Part shown: positions 28,266-38,728 of the stretch, one piece after another
Position numbering within the stretch: position 1 is the first letter of the stretch
Layout of the letters: every line of letters begins with the position of its first letter
NCBI GenBank assembly: GCA_963835065.1
Contig: CAWIEK010000046.1
Location: 64,001-128,000, forward strand
Reading direction: 5' to 3'
Origin: an uncultured Chthonomonadaceae bacterium
Lineage (GTDB): Bacteria; Armatimonadota; Chthonomonadetes; Chthonomonadales; Chthonomonadaceae
Length of the DNA stretch: 64,000 nucleotides
Program-made: the position numbers and the translations under genes
Notes under the pieces: model-generated
Databases searched by the model: none
Told to the model about the DNA's origin: nothing
The model's input: the letters and a program-made list of their open reading frames with translations, nothing else

Positions 28266-29942
28266 TTAGAACAGGCCGGTAATCTGGCCGGCTTCATCTA
28301 CGTCTATGGCTTCCGCTGCGGGGTGTTCGGGCAGGCCGGGCATGGTCATGATGTCGCCGGCAAGGGCAACGACGAACCCGGCTCCGGCTGAAGGGCGCAG
28401 ATCGCGGACGTGAATATCAAAGTTGGTGGGCGCTCCCCCGGCTTTGGGGTCGTCGCTGAAGGAGTATTGGGTTTTGGCGACGCATACGCGCAGTTCTCCC
28501 AAACCGTGCGCTTCCAGCCACTTGCGCTGCGCGTCGGCTTCACCCGTCAGAACAACGCCGTTCGCGCCATAAACCCGCGTCGCAACCGCGTTTAATTTGT
28601 CCAGCAGGCTGCTTTCGGCTGTGTAGTTGGGCGCGAATTGCGCGGGCGTTTCGAGGGCTTCCAGAACGGCCTCGCCCAATTCGCGCCCGCCTTCGCCGCC
28701 CCCGCCCCATACGTCGGCAACGGCCACGCGCCAGTTATTGCGTTGGCAAAAGTCGCGTACCACTTTGGTTTCCGCGTCCGAGTCCTTGCTGAAATGGTTG
28801 ATGGCGACCACGAACGGGCTGCCCATTTGCGCCACATTGCGGGCATGGCGTTCCAGGTTCGCCAGTCCTGCCTCTACCGCCCACACATTTTCCCCATCCA
28901 GTCGCTTGCGGGAAACGCCGCCGTGCATTTTCAGGGCGCGAATAGTCGCCACGAGAACAACGGCATCCGGGGGCAAGTCGGCGGACGGCGCGACAATATC
29001 GCAGTATTTTTCAAAGCCCAAATCAGAACCGAAGCCCGCTTCCGTGACCACGATTTCGCCCAACTTACGCGCCACTTTTGTCGCCAGGACGCTGCTGCAT
29101 CCGTGCGCGATATTGCCGAACGGCCCGCCATGCACGAACGCGGGCGTCCCTTCCAATGTCTGCACAAGATTGGGCTTCAGGGCGTCCCGCAAAATCGCCG
29201 CCATCGCGCCATGCGCTTTCAGGTCGGCAGCCGTGACGGGGTTGCCCTCAATGGTGCGCCCGACAAGAATACGCCCCAGGCGTTCTTTCAATTCGGCAAG
29301 CGTATTGCTCAGGCACAAAATCGCCATTACCTCGCTTGCAACCGTGATGCTGAAACCGCCTTCGCGGGGTATGCCGTTGGTACGTCCGCCAAGCCCTAAC
29401 ACCAGAAAACGCAGGGCGCGGTCGTTCATATCCACCACGCGCTGCAGCGTGATTGTGCGCGGGTCAACATTGAGTCGGTTGCCCTGCTGCAAGTGGTTGT
29501 CGAGCATGGCGGCAAGCAGGTTATGCGCCGCGCCGATGGCATGCATGTCCCCCGTAAAGTGCAGGTTGATGTCTTCCATCGGCAGCACTTGCGCATACCC
29601 GCCACCCGCCGCCCCGCCCTTCACGCCGAAGACGGGTCCCATCGAAGGCTCACGGGTCGCCGAGATAGCCTTTTTGCCCAATTTGCACAGCGCCTGCGCC
29701 AGCCCGATGGTGACGGTTGTTTTCCCTTCCCCGGCAGGCGTGGGCGTAATGGCCGTGACCAGCACGATTTTGCCGGTCGGTCGGCTTGTATCGGCCAGCA
29801 GGCGATTGATGAGGTCATACGACAGTTTGGCCTTGTAGCGTCCGTACAATTCCAGATCATCGTCGGCAAGGCCGAGTTCGGAAGCGATGTCGGCGACAGG
29901 GCGCAGGGTGGCGGCCTGGGCAATGGATAGGTCGGTGTTCAT
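28266..29942 (-). CDS. fhs: Formate--tetrahydrofolate ligase
   Basis: PTPAGEGKTT, KGGAAGGGYAQV, HGGPFGNIAHG and IMTMPGL motifs. Confidence 0.97.
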   Translation of the reverse strand: MNTDLSIAQAATLRPVADIASELGLADDDLELYGRYKAKLSYDLINRLLADTSRPTGKIVLVTAITPTPAGEGKTTVTIGLAQALCKLGKKAISATREPSMGPVFGVKGGAAGGGYAQVLPMEDINLHFTGDMHAIGAAHNLLAAMLDNHLQQGNRLNVDPRTITLQRVVDMNDRALRFLVLGLGGRTNGIPREGGFSITVASEVMAILCLSNTLAELKERLGRILVGRTIEGNPVTAADLKAHGAMAAILRDALKPNLVQTLEGTPAFVHGGPFGNIAHGCSSVLATKVARKLGEIVVTEAGFGSDLGFEKYCDIVAPSADLPPDAVVLVATIRALKMHGGVSRKRLDGENVWAVEAGLANLERHARNVAQMGSPFVVAINHFSKDSDAETKVVRDFCQRNNWRVAVADVWGGGGEGGRELGEAVLEALETPAQFAPNYTAESSLLDKLNAVATRVYGANGVVLTGEADAQRKWLEAHGLGELRVCVAKTQYSFSDDPKAGGAPTNFDIHVRDLRPSAGAGFVVALAGDIMTMPGLPEHPAAEAIDVDEAGQITGLF

Positions 29943-29943
29943 A

Positions 29944-30031
29944 AGGTTTCAGGGTTTCAGGGTTCCAGGGTTTCAGGTGGTTAGGGTGTTCAGGTATTCG
30001 GGTGTTCGGGTGTTCAGGTGTTGGGTATTGG
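29944..30031. repeat. Tandem octamer tract (GGGTTTCA / GGTRTTCR)
   Basis: Seen directly. Confidence 0.8.
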
Positions 30032-30076
30032 GCGTATCCGGCATTTATTCGCGTTCATTCGCGGCTGAAGTTGTTT

Positions 30077-30682
30077 TCACGGTTTGCGCAATAAGCGGTG
30101 CAGCAGGCCGCGTTTGGTCGGCGGGTGTTCGGGTTCGATAGTATGGGTTGGCTGGAGCAGGGTGTCCGTGTCGGCTTCGGCTTCGCATGCGGAGCGGAGC
30201 AGTTGATTGGCGGGTTCCGGCGCGCGTTCGGAACCGCGCAGCAGGCTGAAATGGTCTTTCCATGCCTGCAATGCGGCGCGGGCGGCTTCGGCATAAAGCG
30301 CATCGAACGCCTGTACCCACGAACAAAAGTATTCCACGTCAATGTCCGCGTGGCGTAACTGCGTCACCTGCTGCAAGGGCGTCAGCCGGTTGTCCAGCAG
30401 AATGGCGTAGGGCAGAACCCGGTACAGCAAAATCTGGCGCGCGTCCTCATCCAATGTAAAATCCGTGGAAGGCGCTTGTCCGAAAAAGAAATTGGGCAGG
30501 GCGCGGCTACTCTGATTGCGGCGCAGCAGGTGTACGTAATGGCTTTCCAGCGGAAAATCCACCAGCAATTCTTCCAGATCACCCCATTGCGCGTCAGGGT
30601 GCGTGAGCAGTTCGGCAAGGTCGGCGACGATGGCGGGATGCCAAACCGGAGCGTTAGCGGGATTAAAGGAGGGCATTAGCAT
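30077..30682 (-). CDS. Hypothetical protein
   Basis: Protein-like 3' part of ORF 30077..30922; start moved to avoid overlap with the uridine kinase gene. Confidence 0.6.
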   Translation of the reverse strand: MLMPSFNPANAPVWHPAIVADLAELLTHPDAQWGDLEELLVDFPLESHYVHLLRRNQSSRALPNFFFGQAPSTDFTLDEDARQILLYRVLPYAILLDNRLTPLQQVTQLRHADIDVEYFCSWVQAFDALYAEAARAALQAWKDHFSLLRGSERAPEPANQLLRSACEAEADTDTLLQPTHTIEPEHPPTKRGLLHRLLRKP

Positions 30683-30753
30683 AAGATTATCTGGCGCGGC
30701 AGATTGCCGACGCCGGCCTGACGAAAGGCGTGTGTAAGGGCATTGGCATAACA

Positions 30754-31422
30754 TTATCCGGCGCGGGCTGTGACCTGAGCCGCAATCGCGCCGGCAAGCA
30801 GGGGCGCGACGCGGGCAAAATCGGCATCCCCGCGCACAATCAAATCGGCGTAAACGCGGGATGGCTCCACATAAGCGTTGTGCCCGACACGGGCGCACTC
30901 CTGGTAATAGGTGGCGATCCAAAGTGGGTCGGTACTGCCCCGCCCCCCGTTCATATCGCGCAGCAAGCGGCGCAGGGCGCGGACATCGGCTTCCAGTTCG
31001 ATAAACACGCGCATGTCCAGGCGCTTTCGTATCTCTTCGACATGCAGCGCCATCAAGCCTTCCACAATCAACACATGGGGCGTGTCCGAAGCGGCAAGCC
31101 GCGCGTCCAAATCCGCCACAAGCCGCGCATTATCCGCCGAGTTGGGATGGTTGTTATCCGGCAAGTCTTCGCCGGACGAGGGCGACACAAAGCGCGGCCC
31201 GCCCGGCCCGCCCCGATAAAAATACTTGTCCATGCCCATCAACTCGACCCGCAAGTGGGGATACTGCCGCCGCATCACGTCCAGCAGCGCATTGGTAAAC
31301 GTCGTCTTGCCCGACGCCGAGCCGCCGGCGACACCAACGACAAAAGTTGATAGTTGATAGTTGATAGTTGATAGGCCATCCTCTTGTGGCTTGTCTGTTG
31401 TGTTTTGTACGATGTGACTCAT
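30754..31422 (-). CDS. Uridine kinase family protein
   Basis: VGVAGGSASGKTT, MDKYF, LIVEG and YVEPS..YADLIV motifs. Confidence 0.85.
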   Translation of the reverse strand: MSHIVQNTTDKPQEDGLSTINYQLSTFVVGVAGGSASGKTTFTNALLDVMRRQYPHLRVELMGMDKYFYRGGPGGPRFVSPSSGEDLPDNNHPNSADNARLVADLDARLAASDTPHVLIVEGLMALHVEEIRKRLDMRVFIELEADVRALRRLLRDMNGGRGSTDPLWIATYYQECARVGHNAYVEPSRVYADLIVRGDADFARVAPLLAGAIAAQVTARAG

Positions 31423-31462
31423 TGTTACGCTAAATCCTGACTATCAACTATCAACTATCAAC
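31346..31462. repeat. Tandem-heptamer hairpin (GTTGATA)n ... (TATCAAC)n spanning the uridine kinase start
   Basis: One arm translates as LSTINYQLST in the ORF N-terminus. Confidence 0.85.
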
Positions 31463-32563
31463 GAACTCTGCCCGTTGTCGGCGCGAAAAACGTGAGATGG
31501 CGTTCCGCGTTGTTGTTTTCCGACGTGAGGACGAGGATACCGTTTTTGCCTTCGTTTTTGGGGTCGCCGACGCGCACATCCAGGACGCGGCCCGGCAGGG
31601 CGTCGCTTTTCCAGGATTCGTCAAAGTCACTGGAACGGGTCAACTGCCAGAACGATTTGTCGCGGTTGGACAGCTTGGGCGTGTATACGACAATCTTATC
31701 GCCCGTTGTGGCGTTGGGGTCATCGGGCGTGGGCGCGGGCTTGCCGCGCTCCAGGCCGACGATCCAGCGATTGGAACCCTGCCAGAAACTCTGCATGTAG
31801 CGCACATTGGGCAGGAAGTCTTTGCTGCCCTCATACGGCTGTGTGCCGACGGCCATGCGCGCGTAACCGGGATCGGCAACCGCAAGCAGGAACGCGGATT
31901 GGTGCGTATCGGTTTCGCCGGCCTCATACGCAACGCTGGCATCGCCGTTCTTCATCACCATTTGATCGGGAGTGCCGTCCAGCACCAGGGACAGGCGCAG
32001 GTTGGGCGGCGAGGCGAACAGGCGCGTAAACCCGATCCGTTCCACAGGTAAACGCCTTCTGTCGTAACGATTTGCGAGGCGGGAAGGGCTTTCGGCTTTT
32101 TCTTGTCTTTGGACGTTTGGGAAGCGGGCAGAATGGTAGGCTTGGCGGTGGGCCGGAATTTGCCCACGACAAGCGCGTCCAGCGCCGTGCCGATAAATTC
32201 GCTGGTGGCGTCCGTCGTGAACCGGCTGCCATCCCAATGCGTGACGACCAGCTTGCGCTTGTAGTCTGTGGCTTCGCGCCCGCCCTGCAGGAAGATCAGA
32301 TTGTTCCGCTTTTCTTCCGTGACCGGGCCGATTTCGAGGAGTTTCACCGGTTCGCTGAGAACGGCAGTCCAGGCGCGCTGAAAGTTCACATCAAAAGCGT
32401 TGAAAGCGCGGTTGCCGGACAGGTTTTGCGGCTGCCGCGACTGCGGCGGCGACAACTGCGCCTGTACGGGAAGGGAACCTGCCGCCGCGACAAGGGCGAA
32501 CAAAGCCGTTTTCAGGACTGAAGACAGCGATAGTTTGATTGGAAAGGGTGTTGCGTGTTTCAT
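31458..32563 (-). CDS. Secreted hypothetical protein, split by an apparent frameshift near 32040-32050
   Basis: Signal peptide in ORF 31955..32563; ...GVYLWNG continues as FTRLFASPP... in ORF 31458..32237. Confidence 0.6.
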
Positions 32564-32621
32564 AATAGTATGTTTTACCTGAATGGAAAGGATTCCTGCT
32601 TTTCTATCTCGGGTATGAACG

Positions 32622-34340
32622 TTATTGAGGCGGCTTACCCTCGGTGAGCGTCCACTGTTTGTCGGCTTGCAGCGGGCCGAACGTGTCTTTTTGGCCGCTC
32701 GGCCACGACACTTCCAGTTTGTCTACGGTGGCGGAATTGCCCAGGCCGAAATGCAGGCGGCGGTCGGAATGGGAAAGGTAACTGGAACCGCTGCGCGCCA
32801 TATCGGTTTGCGTGACGCCGCCTGCCGTTAAGCGTACTTGCGCGCCATACCCGTCCCGATTGCTGCGGGTTCCGACAAAGGCAAGTGTAATCCAATGTTG
32901 CGTGGACGGCGATTCGTTGTGCAGCAGGTGGGGCGGGCCGGCATTGGGAATAAGCAGCAGGTCGAGTTTGCCGTCGTTGTCGAAATCTCCTGTTGCCATG
33001 CCCCTGCCGACAAGCAGTTGCGCCAATCCCGGTCCCGCCTGCGCGGTCACGTCGGCAAACGTGCCGTCATGCCGGTTCGCAAAAAGCTGCGTGGGCTGCA
33101 AAACGTGCTGCGAGGGCAGGCTGCGCTCGGTCATGTCGTCGGTATGCCCGTTGCTGATTACAATGTCTTTCCAGCCGTCATTGTCGAAATCGCCAAACAA
33201 TGCGCCGAACGTGACGTATGGCATGCTTGGCTGCTGTATGCCCGCCTGCCGGGCCACATCGGCAAACAAGCCCCGTTCAATCTCATGGTGCAGTCCCACG
33301 CCCTGATACGAGAAGTTGCCGATGAGAACGCCTGCCGTGCCGTCGTTTTTGTAGTCCGCCGCGTCTATGCCCATGCCGTTGCGCGGCAGTCCGTTTTCGC
33401 CCAGGGCAAGCCCGCTTTCTACCGATATGTCCTTGAACTTGCCCCCTCCCATGTTTTGATACGCCAGGGTCGGCTGGCTGTCGTTGGCGACAATGATATC
33501 CGGCTTGCCGTCGTGGTTGAAATCCGTCACGGTCACGCCCAATGATTTACCCCGGTCATTGTAAAGGCCGGCTTTTTTGGTAACATCGGTGAAATGCCCG
33601 TTCCCGTCATTGTGGTACAGGCGGCACGACTCGCCGGGATACGCTTCGGGAGTGCAGTAGATTTTCACTTCGCCGCCGCAGTAAATGTCGGTCTTGAGCG
33701 TCCACTTGCAGTAGTGGCAGACGAACAAATCCAGTTTGCCGTCGTTGTCGTAATCCAGCCAGGCCGCGCTCGTACTCCATCCATTGCCGCCCACGCCCGA
33801 CTGCGCGGTGACTTCGGTAAAGCGCCTGCCCTTATCGTTGTGGAACAGGCGGTTTCCGTTGACGCTCGTAATCAGCAGGTCGTCCCACCCGTCATTATCG
33901 TAATCGCCCACAGCCACGCCCATGCCTTGCAGCGAGATATTCAATCCCATTTGCGCGGTCACGTCCGTAAACGTGCCGTCATGGTTGTTGTGATACAGAG
34001 CGAGCGTAGGACGCGGGCCGGGAAGCGGATGGCCGGGCCACCAGTCGCCGTTGACAAGCAGAATGTCCAGAAAGCCGTCGTTGTCGTAATCGAAAAACGC
34101 GCCACCGCCGCCCTCCGCTTCAGGAAACAGTTTGCCGCCATACGACCCGATGGAACGCTGCCAGGTGATACCGGCCTTGTCGGTAACGTCCATAAAATGA
34201 AACGCGGACGCGCTTGCGGAATTGGCAGGAGGCGGGGCAACCGCAACAGCCTTTTTGGTTCCGCAGCCGAACAAAAATCCGGCGAACGAAAATAAAAGAA
34301 TGAGCAAAAATGCTTGGTAAACCGGCGACAGCCTTGTCAT
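32622..34340 (-). CDS. CRTAC1 family lipoprotein (FG-GAP/VCBS repeats plus ASPIC/UnbV domain)
   Basis: Many DYDNDG.LD repeats; SNRDGYGA...SGSSYLS...LHFGLG...VSWPSG. Confidence 0.9.
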   Translation of the reverse strand: MTRLSPVYQAFLLILLFSFAGFLFGCGTKKAVAVAPPPANSASASAFHFMDVTDKAGITWQRSIGSYGGKLFPEAEGGGGAFFDYDNDGFLDILLVNGDWWPGHPLPGPRPTLALYHNNHDGTFTDVTAQMGLNISLQGMGVAVGDYDNDGWDDLLITSVNGNRLFHNDKGRRFTEVTAQSGVGGNGWSTSAAWLDYDNDGKLDLFVCHYCKWTLKTDIYCGGEVKIYCTPEAYPGESCRLYHNDGNGHFTDVTKKAGLYNDRGKSLGVTVTDFNHDGKPDIIVANDSQPTLAYQNMGGGKFKDISVESGLALGENGLPRNGMGIDAADYKNDGTAGVLIGNFSYQGVGLHHEIERGLFADVARQAGIQQPSMPYVTFGALFGDFDNDGWKDIVISNGHTDDMTERSLPSQHVLQPTQLFANRHDGTFADVTAQAGPGLAQLLVGRGMATGDFDNDGKLDLLLIPNAGPPHLLHNESPSTQHWITLAFVGTRSNRDGYGAQVRLTAGGVTQTDMARSGSSYLSHSDRRLHFGLGNSATVDKLEVSWPSGQKDTFGPLQADKQWTLTEGKPPQ

Positions 34341-35608
34341 GGCGATTTAGTTTCCGAATTGTGTTCCGGGCGGCCCCATCCCAACCGGGCGTACAGCCGC
34401 GTCAACTCCGCTTGTATAACCGGGTCTTTGGGCGCGAGTCCGGCTGCCGTCTGGTATTCCGGCACGGCGCGGGCATAATCGCCGCGCGAAACCAGGTAAC
34501 GCGCAAGCGCGGCATGGGCTGCCGAACTTTCCGGCGCGTGCGTGACATCTTCCGAAAGCCGGGTCACATGGCGCTGCTGTTCTTCCAACTGCTTGTACAG
34601 CGCAAGCTGTTGGCGGCTCAAGTCCGGCTTGCCGAGCAGGGCGTATACCTGTCCCAAACCGTAGCGCCCGTCCATGCTGGTGGGATCTAAAATAAGCAGG
34701 GTGTCATACGCCTGCGCCGCCAGGCGATTGAGATGCTGCTGACGATAAATTACGGCCACAGCGCGGTAAATGTCCCTGTCTTTCGGGTTTGTTTCGACCG
34801 CTTTTTCCAGCAGGGCGCGGGCGCGGTTTACATCCGCGTGGGCATTGGTGACATTCATCAGCGCCACTCCCAACAGACGATTCGCCAGGCCGTTGTTGGG
34901 GTCTTTTTGAAGCAAGGCTTCCAGCGTTTGACAGCCTGCCTCCACTTTGCTGCTTTCCACCTGCGCGGAAGCCAATTGCAGGCGGGCGGAAACATCTTCG
35001 GGCGAAACCTGAAGGGCGCGCAGCGCCGTCGCTTCGGCTTTGGGATAGTCTTTCCAGTCCTGATAGCGGTGCGCGAACGTGGTCAGGGCGAGACTGGTTT
35101 GCGCCCCTTCCTGAACCCCGCGCGCCAGCCATGCGAACGCTTCGGGTCTGTGGTTGGCCGCGAATTCCGTATCCGCCATGCCCAAATAAGCGTCCGAATC
35201 CCGATGGTCTTCCTTCAGCAAGGAAAGGTAAATGCGGCGCGCTTCCGCAAAACGCGCCTGTCGGCGCAGGCTTTCCCCCAATCCCAGGCGCGCGGCGCGA
35301 TTGTGGGGCGCTTGCCGCAAAATAGCGCGGGACAGGCTTTCCGCCCGCCACAAATCACCCACATCAAGCGCAAGTTCCGCCATCTGCTGCTGTATCGGAA
35401 GCGCAGCGGCGACAGGCAGGGCGTCGAGTGGCGCATGGGAAGCGCGCAGAGCGGCGGAATTGTCCGGCGGTAGCGGAGGCGGCGACAGGGGCAGTTCCGC
35501 CGCCCCATCATCCATCGCCAGAGGGGGAGAAGCGGGCGGATGAACAGGCGCGCGTCCCTGCCACGCAATCCGAACGCCAAGCGCGGCCAGCACAAGCAGG
35601 CCGAGCAA
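34337..35608 (-). CDS. Tetratricopeptide repeat protein (start uncertain)
   Basis: Repeated TPR-like helices; N-terminal TM segment. Confidence 0.8.
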   Translation of the reverse strand: MLGLLVLAALGVRIAWQGRAPVHPPASPPLAMDDGAAELPLSPPPLPPDNSAALRASHAPLDALPVAAALPIQQQMAELALDVGDLWRAESLSRAILRQAPHNRAARLGLGESLRRQARFAEARRIYLSLLKEDHRDSDAYLGMADTEFAANHRPEAFAWLARGVQEGAQTSLALTTFAHRYQDWKDYPKAEATALRALQVSPEDVSARLQLASAQVESSKVEAGCQTLEALLQKDPNNGLANRLLGVALMNVTNAHADVNRARALLEKAVETNPKDRDIYRAVAVIYRQQHLNRLAAQAYDTLLILDPTSMDGRYGLGQVYALLGKPDLSRQQLALYKQLEEQQRHVTRLSEDVTHAPESSAAHAALARYLVSRGDYARAVPEYQTAAGLAPKDPVIQAELTRLYARLGWGRPEHNSETKSP

Positions 35609-35766
35609 AGCAAAGCGGATTTTATCCCTGTTGGCGGGAACTTCGGGGGGGTTGCTGCGCTGCGATTTTAAGGGTTGTATTTTGCCGCCTCACGCTTCCC
35701 GCCAAAACGGGAGAAAAATCACCAGAGTCCATCGGTCTTCACTTTATTATACAACAGATTAGACGG

Positions 35767-35802
35767 AACAATGGCCTCGACAAAATCGCCGAGGCCATTG
35801 TT
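35767..35802. terminator. Hairpin downstream of the prepilin-type gene
   Basis: AACAATGGCCTCG ... CGAGGCCATTGTT 13-bp stem. Confidence 0.55.
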
Positions 35803-35939
35803 TACAATGCGCTGTCAACCAGCCGCTATCAACTGAGAGCCTAAACCATCAGGTTCCCCTTCCCCATGTTCCGCATTTCCGCTTCGCTTTTGAAATGCGT
35901 TTTGTGGAGAAGGGGTCAGGGATTAGGGCCAACTACGCT

Positions 35940-36716
35940 TTAGTAGAAGTAACCGCCACAGGTGTTGTCCTTGACTATATAGGAGACGGGCTGATCGGCC
36001 AAGACCTTACCGTCCTGCGGTTGAACGCAGCTGGGACTGATCATGTTGGCGAGCTGTCCCCACTTCACCTGCTCCCATCCTATCGTTTTCACATGCCCGT
36101 CTTCAAACAGGAAGTCGTTCTTGCCGGCATGCCATTCGGTCTGCTTGAAGCTCTTGTTAAGATGCCATTGCCAGTCGCGGGTGCGCCAGCCACAGCCACT
36201 TTCGTAACGGCAGTCCCACCACGCGGTTGTGCTGTCGCCCATAATGAGGGAGTTGGCTACGTCCGAAAAGGCGGCTTCCTTCACGCCATAGTCGGATACG
36301 TAGTTGAAGGCATAGCTGAACGCTTCCTTGCCGTTGGTGGTGTCCGTGCCGCCGTTGCTGTACGGATCGTTGAATCCGTTGGAGTTGAGGGACGGGCAGA
36401 TGTAGATCTGCTGGTTCTTGGTGTAGGGCATCAGGGCGTTGGAAACCCAGCCATCGTAGCCGAAATCCCGGCCCGCGCTGCCCAGTTTACCGGCGACGCA
36501 ACACGCCACCGGAGCCGCAGCCGGCCATTTCTCATCGTAATCCTGAACGTACATCTTGAAGGCGATGCCGATCTGCTTGAGGTTGCTTTGGCAACTGGCC
36601 TGGCGGGCTTTTTCGCGCGCCTGCGCGAACACGGGGAACAGAATGGCCGCGAGAATCGCGATAATCGCGATCACGACGAGCAATTCGATCAGAGTAAAAC
36701 CAATTCTACGCTGCAT
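35940..36716 (-). CDS. Prepilin-type N-terminal cleavage/methylation protein with H-X9-DG motif (DUF1559-like)
   Basis: [34 protein letters not shown] and [13 protein letters not shown] motifs. Confidence 0.92.
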   Translation of the reverse strand: MQRRIGFTLIELLVVIAIIAILAAILFPVFAQAREKARQASCQSNLKQIGIAFKMYVQDYDEKWPAAAPVACCVAGKLGSAGRDFGYDGWVSNALMPYTKNQQIYICPSLNSNGFNDPYSNGGTDTTNGKEAFSYAFNYVSDYGVKEAAFSDVANSLIMGDSTTAWWDCRYESGCGWRTRDWQWHLNKSFKQTEWHAGKNDFLFEDGHVKTIGWEQVKWGQLANMISPSCVQPQDGKVLADQPVSYIVKDNTCGGYFY

Positions 36717-37193
36717 TGACTTCTCCTGTCAGAGGGTACAAGAATGGCAGCCCGCGTGTAAGGGTGCGGCACGGGTGCGCTGCCGGTTGGAAGGAAAAAG
36801 GGCTGGTAGTATGTAGATTATGACGCTCCCATAAAGATTTATGTTCGCTTATCTACCATAGTACGATTGCCTACCTCGTTGATATTCGGCGGGTAATGTG
36901 TTTTCTCCTCCTTCATTTAAGAAAAAATTTCGTTGTAAGGCAAATATTTGGAAATTTTATTGCACAGCCATGCGAAACAGTGGTTCAGCATTAAACTGCG
37001 CCCTGCTTTTTCGGCACATTCAAAATCATCTTGAAACAAAACTACGCGGCGGTCAGAGAAAAGTTCTTCTAAAAAGACAAAGGAAATGCCGGTTTTTACG
37101 GTGAATGTTCCTTTTGAGAAATGTTCCTCTTCAAGAGGGATGTTCCAGCAAATGAGAAAGAGCTAATTCAGAAAAAGCATAGGAACGTTCATT

Positions 37194-38717
37194 ATGTCAG
37201 ATACGCTTGCCGCCTCGGATACCATGACTGCGCTGAAAACGCGCCTTGCGCAGCTTGCCCGCATCGAGCAGTGCGCGGGACTGCTTGGCTGGGACCAGCA
37301 GACCTACATGCCGCCCGGAGCAGGGCAGGCGCGCGCCGAACAGATGGCCGCGCTCAGTCAACTGCTGCACCAGATGCACACCAGTGACGAGATGGGGAAT
37401 CTGCTTGCCAGAGCCGAAGTGGAAACGCAGGGACAGGATGGCGACAGCGACGACGTTCGCATGTTGGCCCGCCTGCGCCGCAATTATGACCGCGCCACCA
37501 AACTGCCCGAAGCCCTCGTGATTGAACTCGCGCGGCAATCGTCGCTTGGGCAGGAAGTGTGGATACGCGCCCGGCAAATGGCGGACTACGACCAGTTCGC
37601 GCCCAGTCTGGAAACCATGCTGAATCTGGTTCGGCAGGCGACGGAGTATCTGGGTTACGACGCGCACCCCTACGACGCCCTGATTGACCAGTACGAGGCC
37701 GGAACCACGCAGGCCGATGTTGCCGTGATGTTCGCCGACATGAAACCGCATCTTGTGGAACTGATACAGGCGATTGCGCAAAGCAAAGCGCCTGTAGACA
37801 ACAGCCTGCTGCACGGCGATTTCCCCGTTGACGCGCAGCGCAAACTGACGCTCGACATTGTGAAAGCCATCGGGTTTGACATGACGCGGGGGCGGCAGGA
37901 TGTTGCCCCGCACCCGTTTTGCTCCAACTTCGGGCGCGACGACGTGCGTATCACCACGCGCTTCGATCCGCGCTATCTGAGCATGTCCATTTATGCGTCC
38001 ATGCACGAGGCGGGACACGCGATGTACGAGCAGGGTTCTCCGCTTGCGTTCGAGGGGTCGCCGCTTGCCGGTGGAACCAGTTTGGGCGTCCACGAAAGCC
38101 AATCCCGGCTGTGGGAAAACATGGTCGGGCGCAGCCGCGCGTTCACCACGTTCCTGTTCCCGCAGTTGCAGCAGGCGTTCCCGAACGCTTTTGCCCACGC
38201 CGACGCCGATGCGTATTATCGCGCTATTAATAAGGTAACGCCGTCCCTGATTCGCGTGGAAGCGGACGAGGCCACGTACAACCTCCACACCCTGCTGCGC
38301 TTTGAACTGGAGTGCGCCCTGCTGGAAGGCTCGCTGGATGTGGGCGACGTGCCGGACGCCTGGGACGCCAAAATGGAAGAGTATTTAGGCATCACGCCCC
38401 CTTCGGACGCGGACGGCTGCCTGCAGGACGTGCATTGGTCCGCCGGCCTGATCGGTTACTTCCCAACCTATTCCATCGGCAACCTGCTGTCGGCGCAATT
38501 GTGGCATACCATCGGGCAGGCGATCCCCGAACGCGACGCGCAAATGGCCGAAGGCGAGTTTGAACCCATTCTGGATTGGCTGCGCGTTAATGTTCACGAT
38601 CACGGCAGCAAATACCTGCCCCGCGAACTGGTCGTCAAAGCCACCGGCGAACCGCTCACCTCCCGCTACTATGTGGACTACCTGAACACGAAATACCGCG
38701 CAATTTACCAACTGTGA
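37194..38717 (+). CDS. Carboxypeptidase Taq (M32) family metallopeptidase
   Basis: HPF, DVRITT, HEAGH, HESQ, IRVEADE, GCLQDVHW and GYFPTY motifs. Confidence 0.95.
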   Translation: MSDTLAASDTMTALKTRLAQLARIEQCAGLLGWDQQTYMPPGAGQARAEQMAALSQLLHQMHTSDEMGNLLARAEVETQGQDGDSDDVRMLARLRRNYDRATKLPEALVIELARQSSLGQEVWIRARQMADYDQFAPSLETMLNLVRQATEYLGYDAHPYDALIDQYEAGTTQADVAVMFADMKPHLVELIQAIAQSKAPVDNSLLHGDFPVDAQRKLTLDIVKAIGFDMTRGRQDVAPHPFCSNFGRDDVRITTRFDPRYLSMSIYASMHEAGHAMYEQGSPLAFEGSPLAGGTSLGVHESQSRLWENMVGRSRAFTTFLFPQLQQAFPNAFAHADADAYYRAINKVTPSLIRVEADEATYNLHTLLRFELECALLEGSLDVGDVPDAWDAKMEEYLGITPPSDADGCLQDVHWSAGLIGYFPTYSIGNLLSAQLWHTIGQAIPERDAQMAEGEFEPILDWLRVNVHDHGSKYLPRELVVKATGEPLTSRYYVDYLNTKYRAIYQL

Positions 38718-38728
38718 AGGCATATTAA

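Noticed and set aside
28627..29838. 403-aa plus-strand ORF
   Set aside because: Antisense shadow of fhs.
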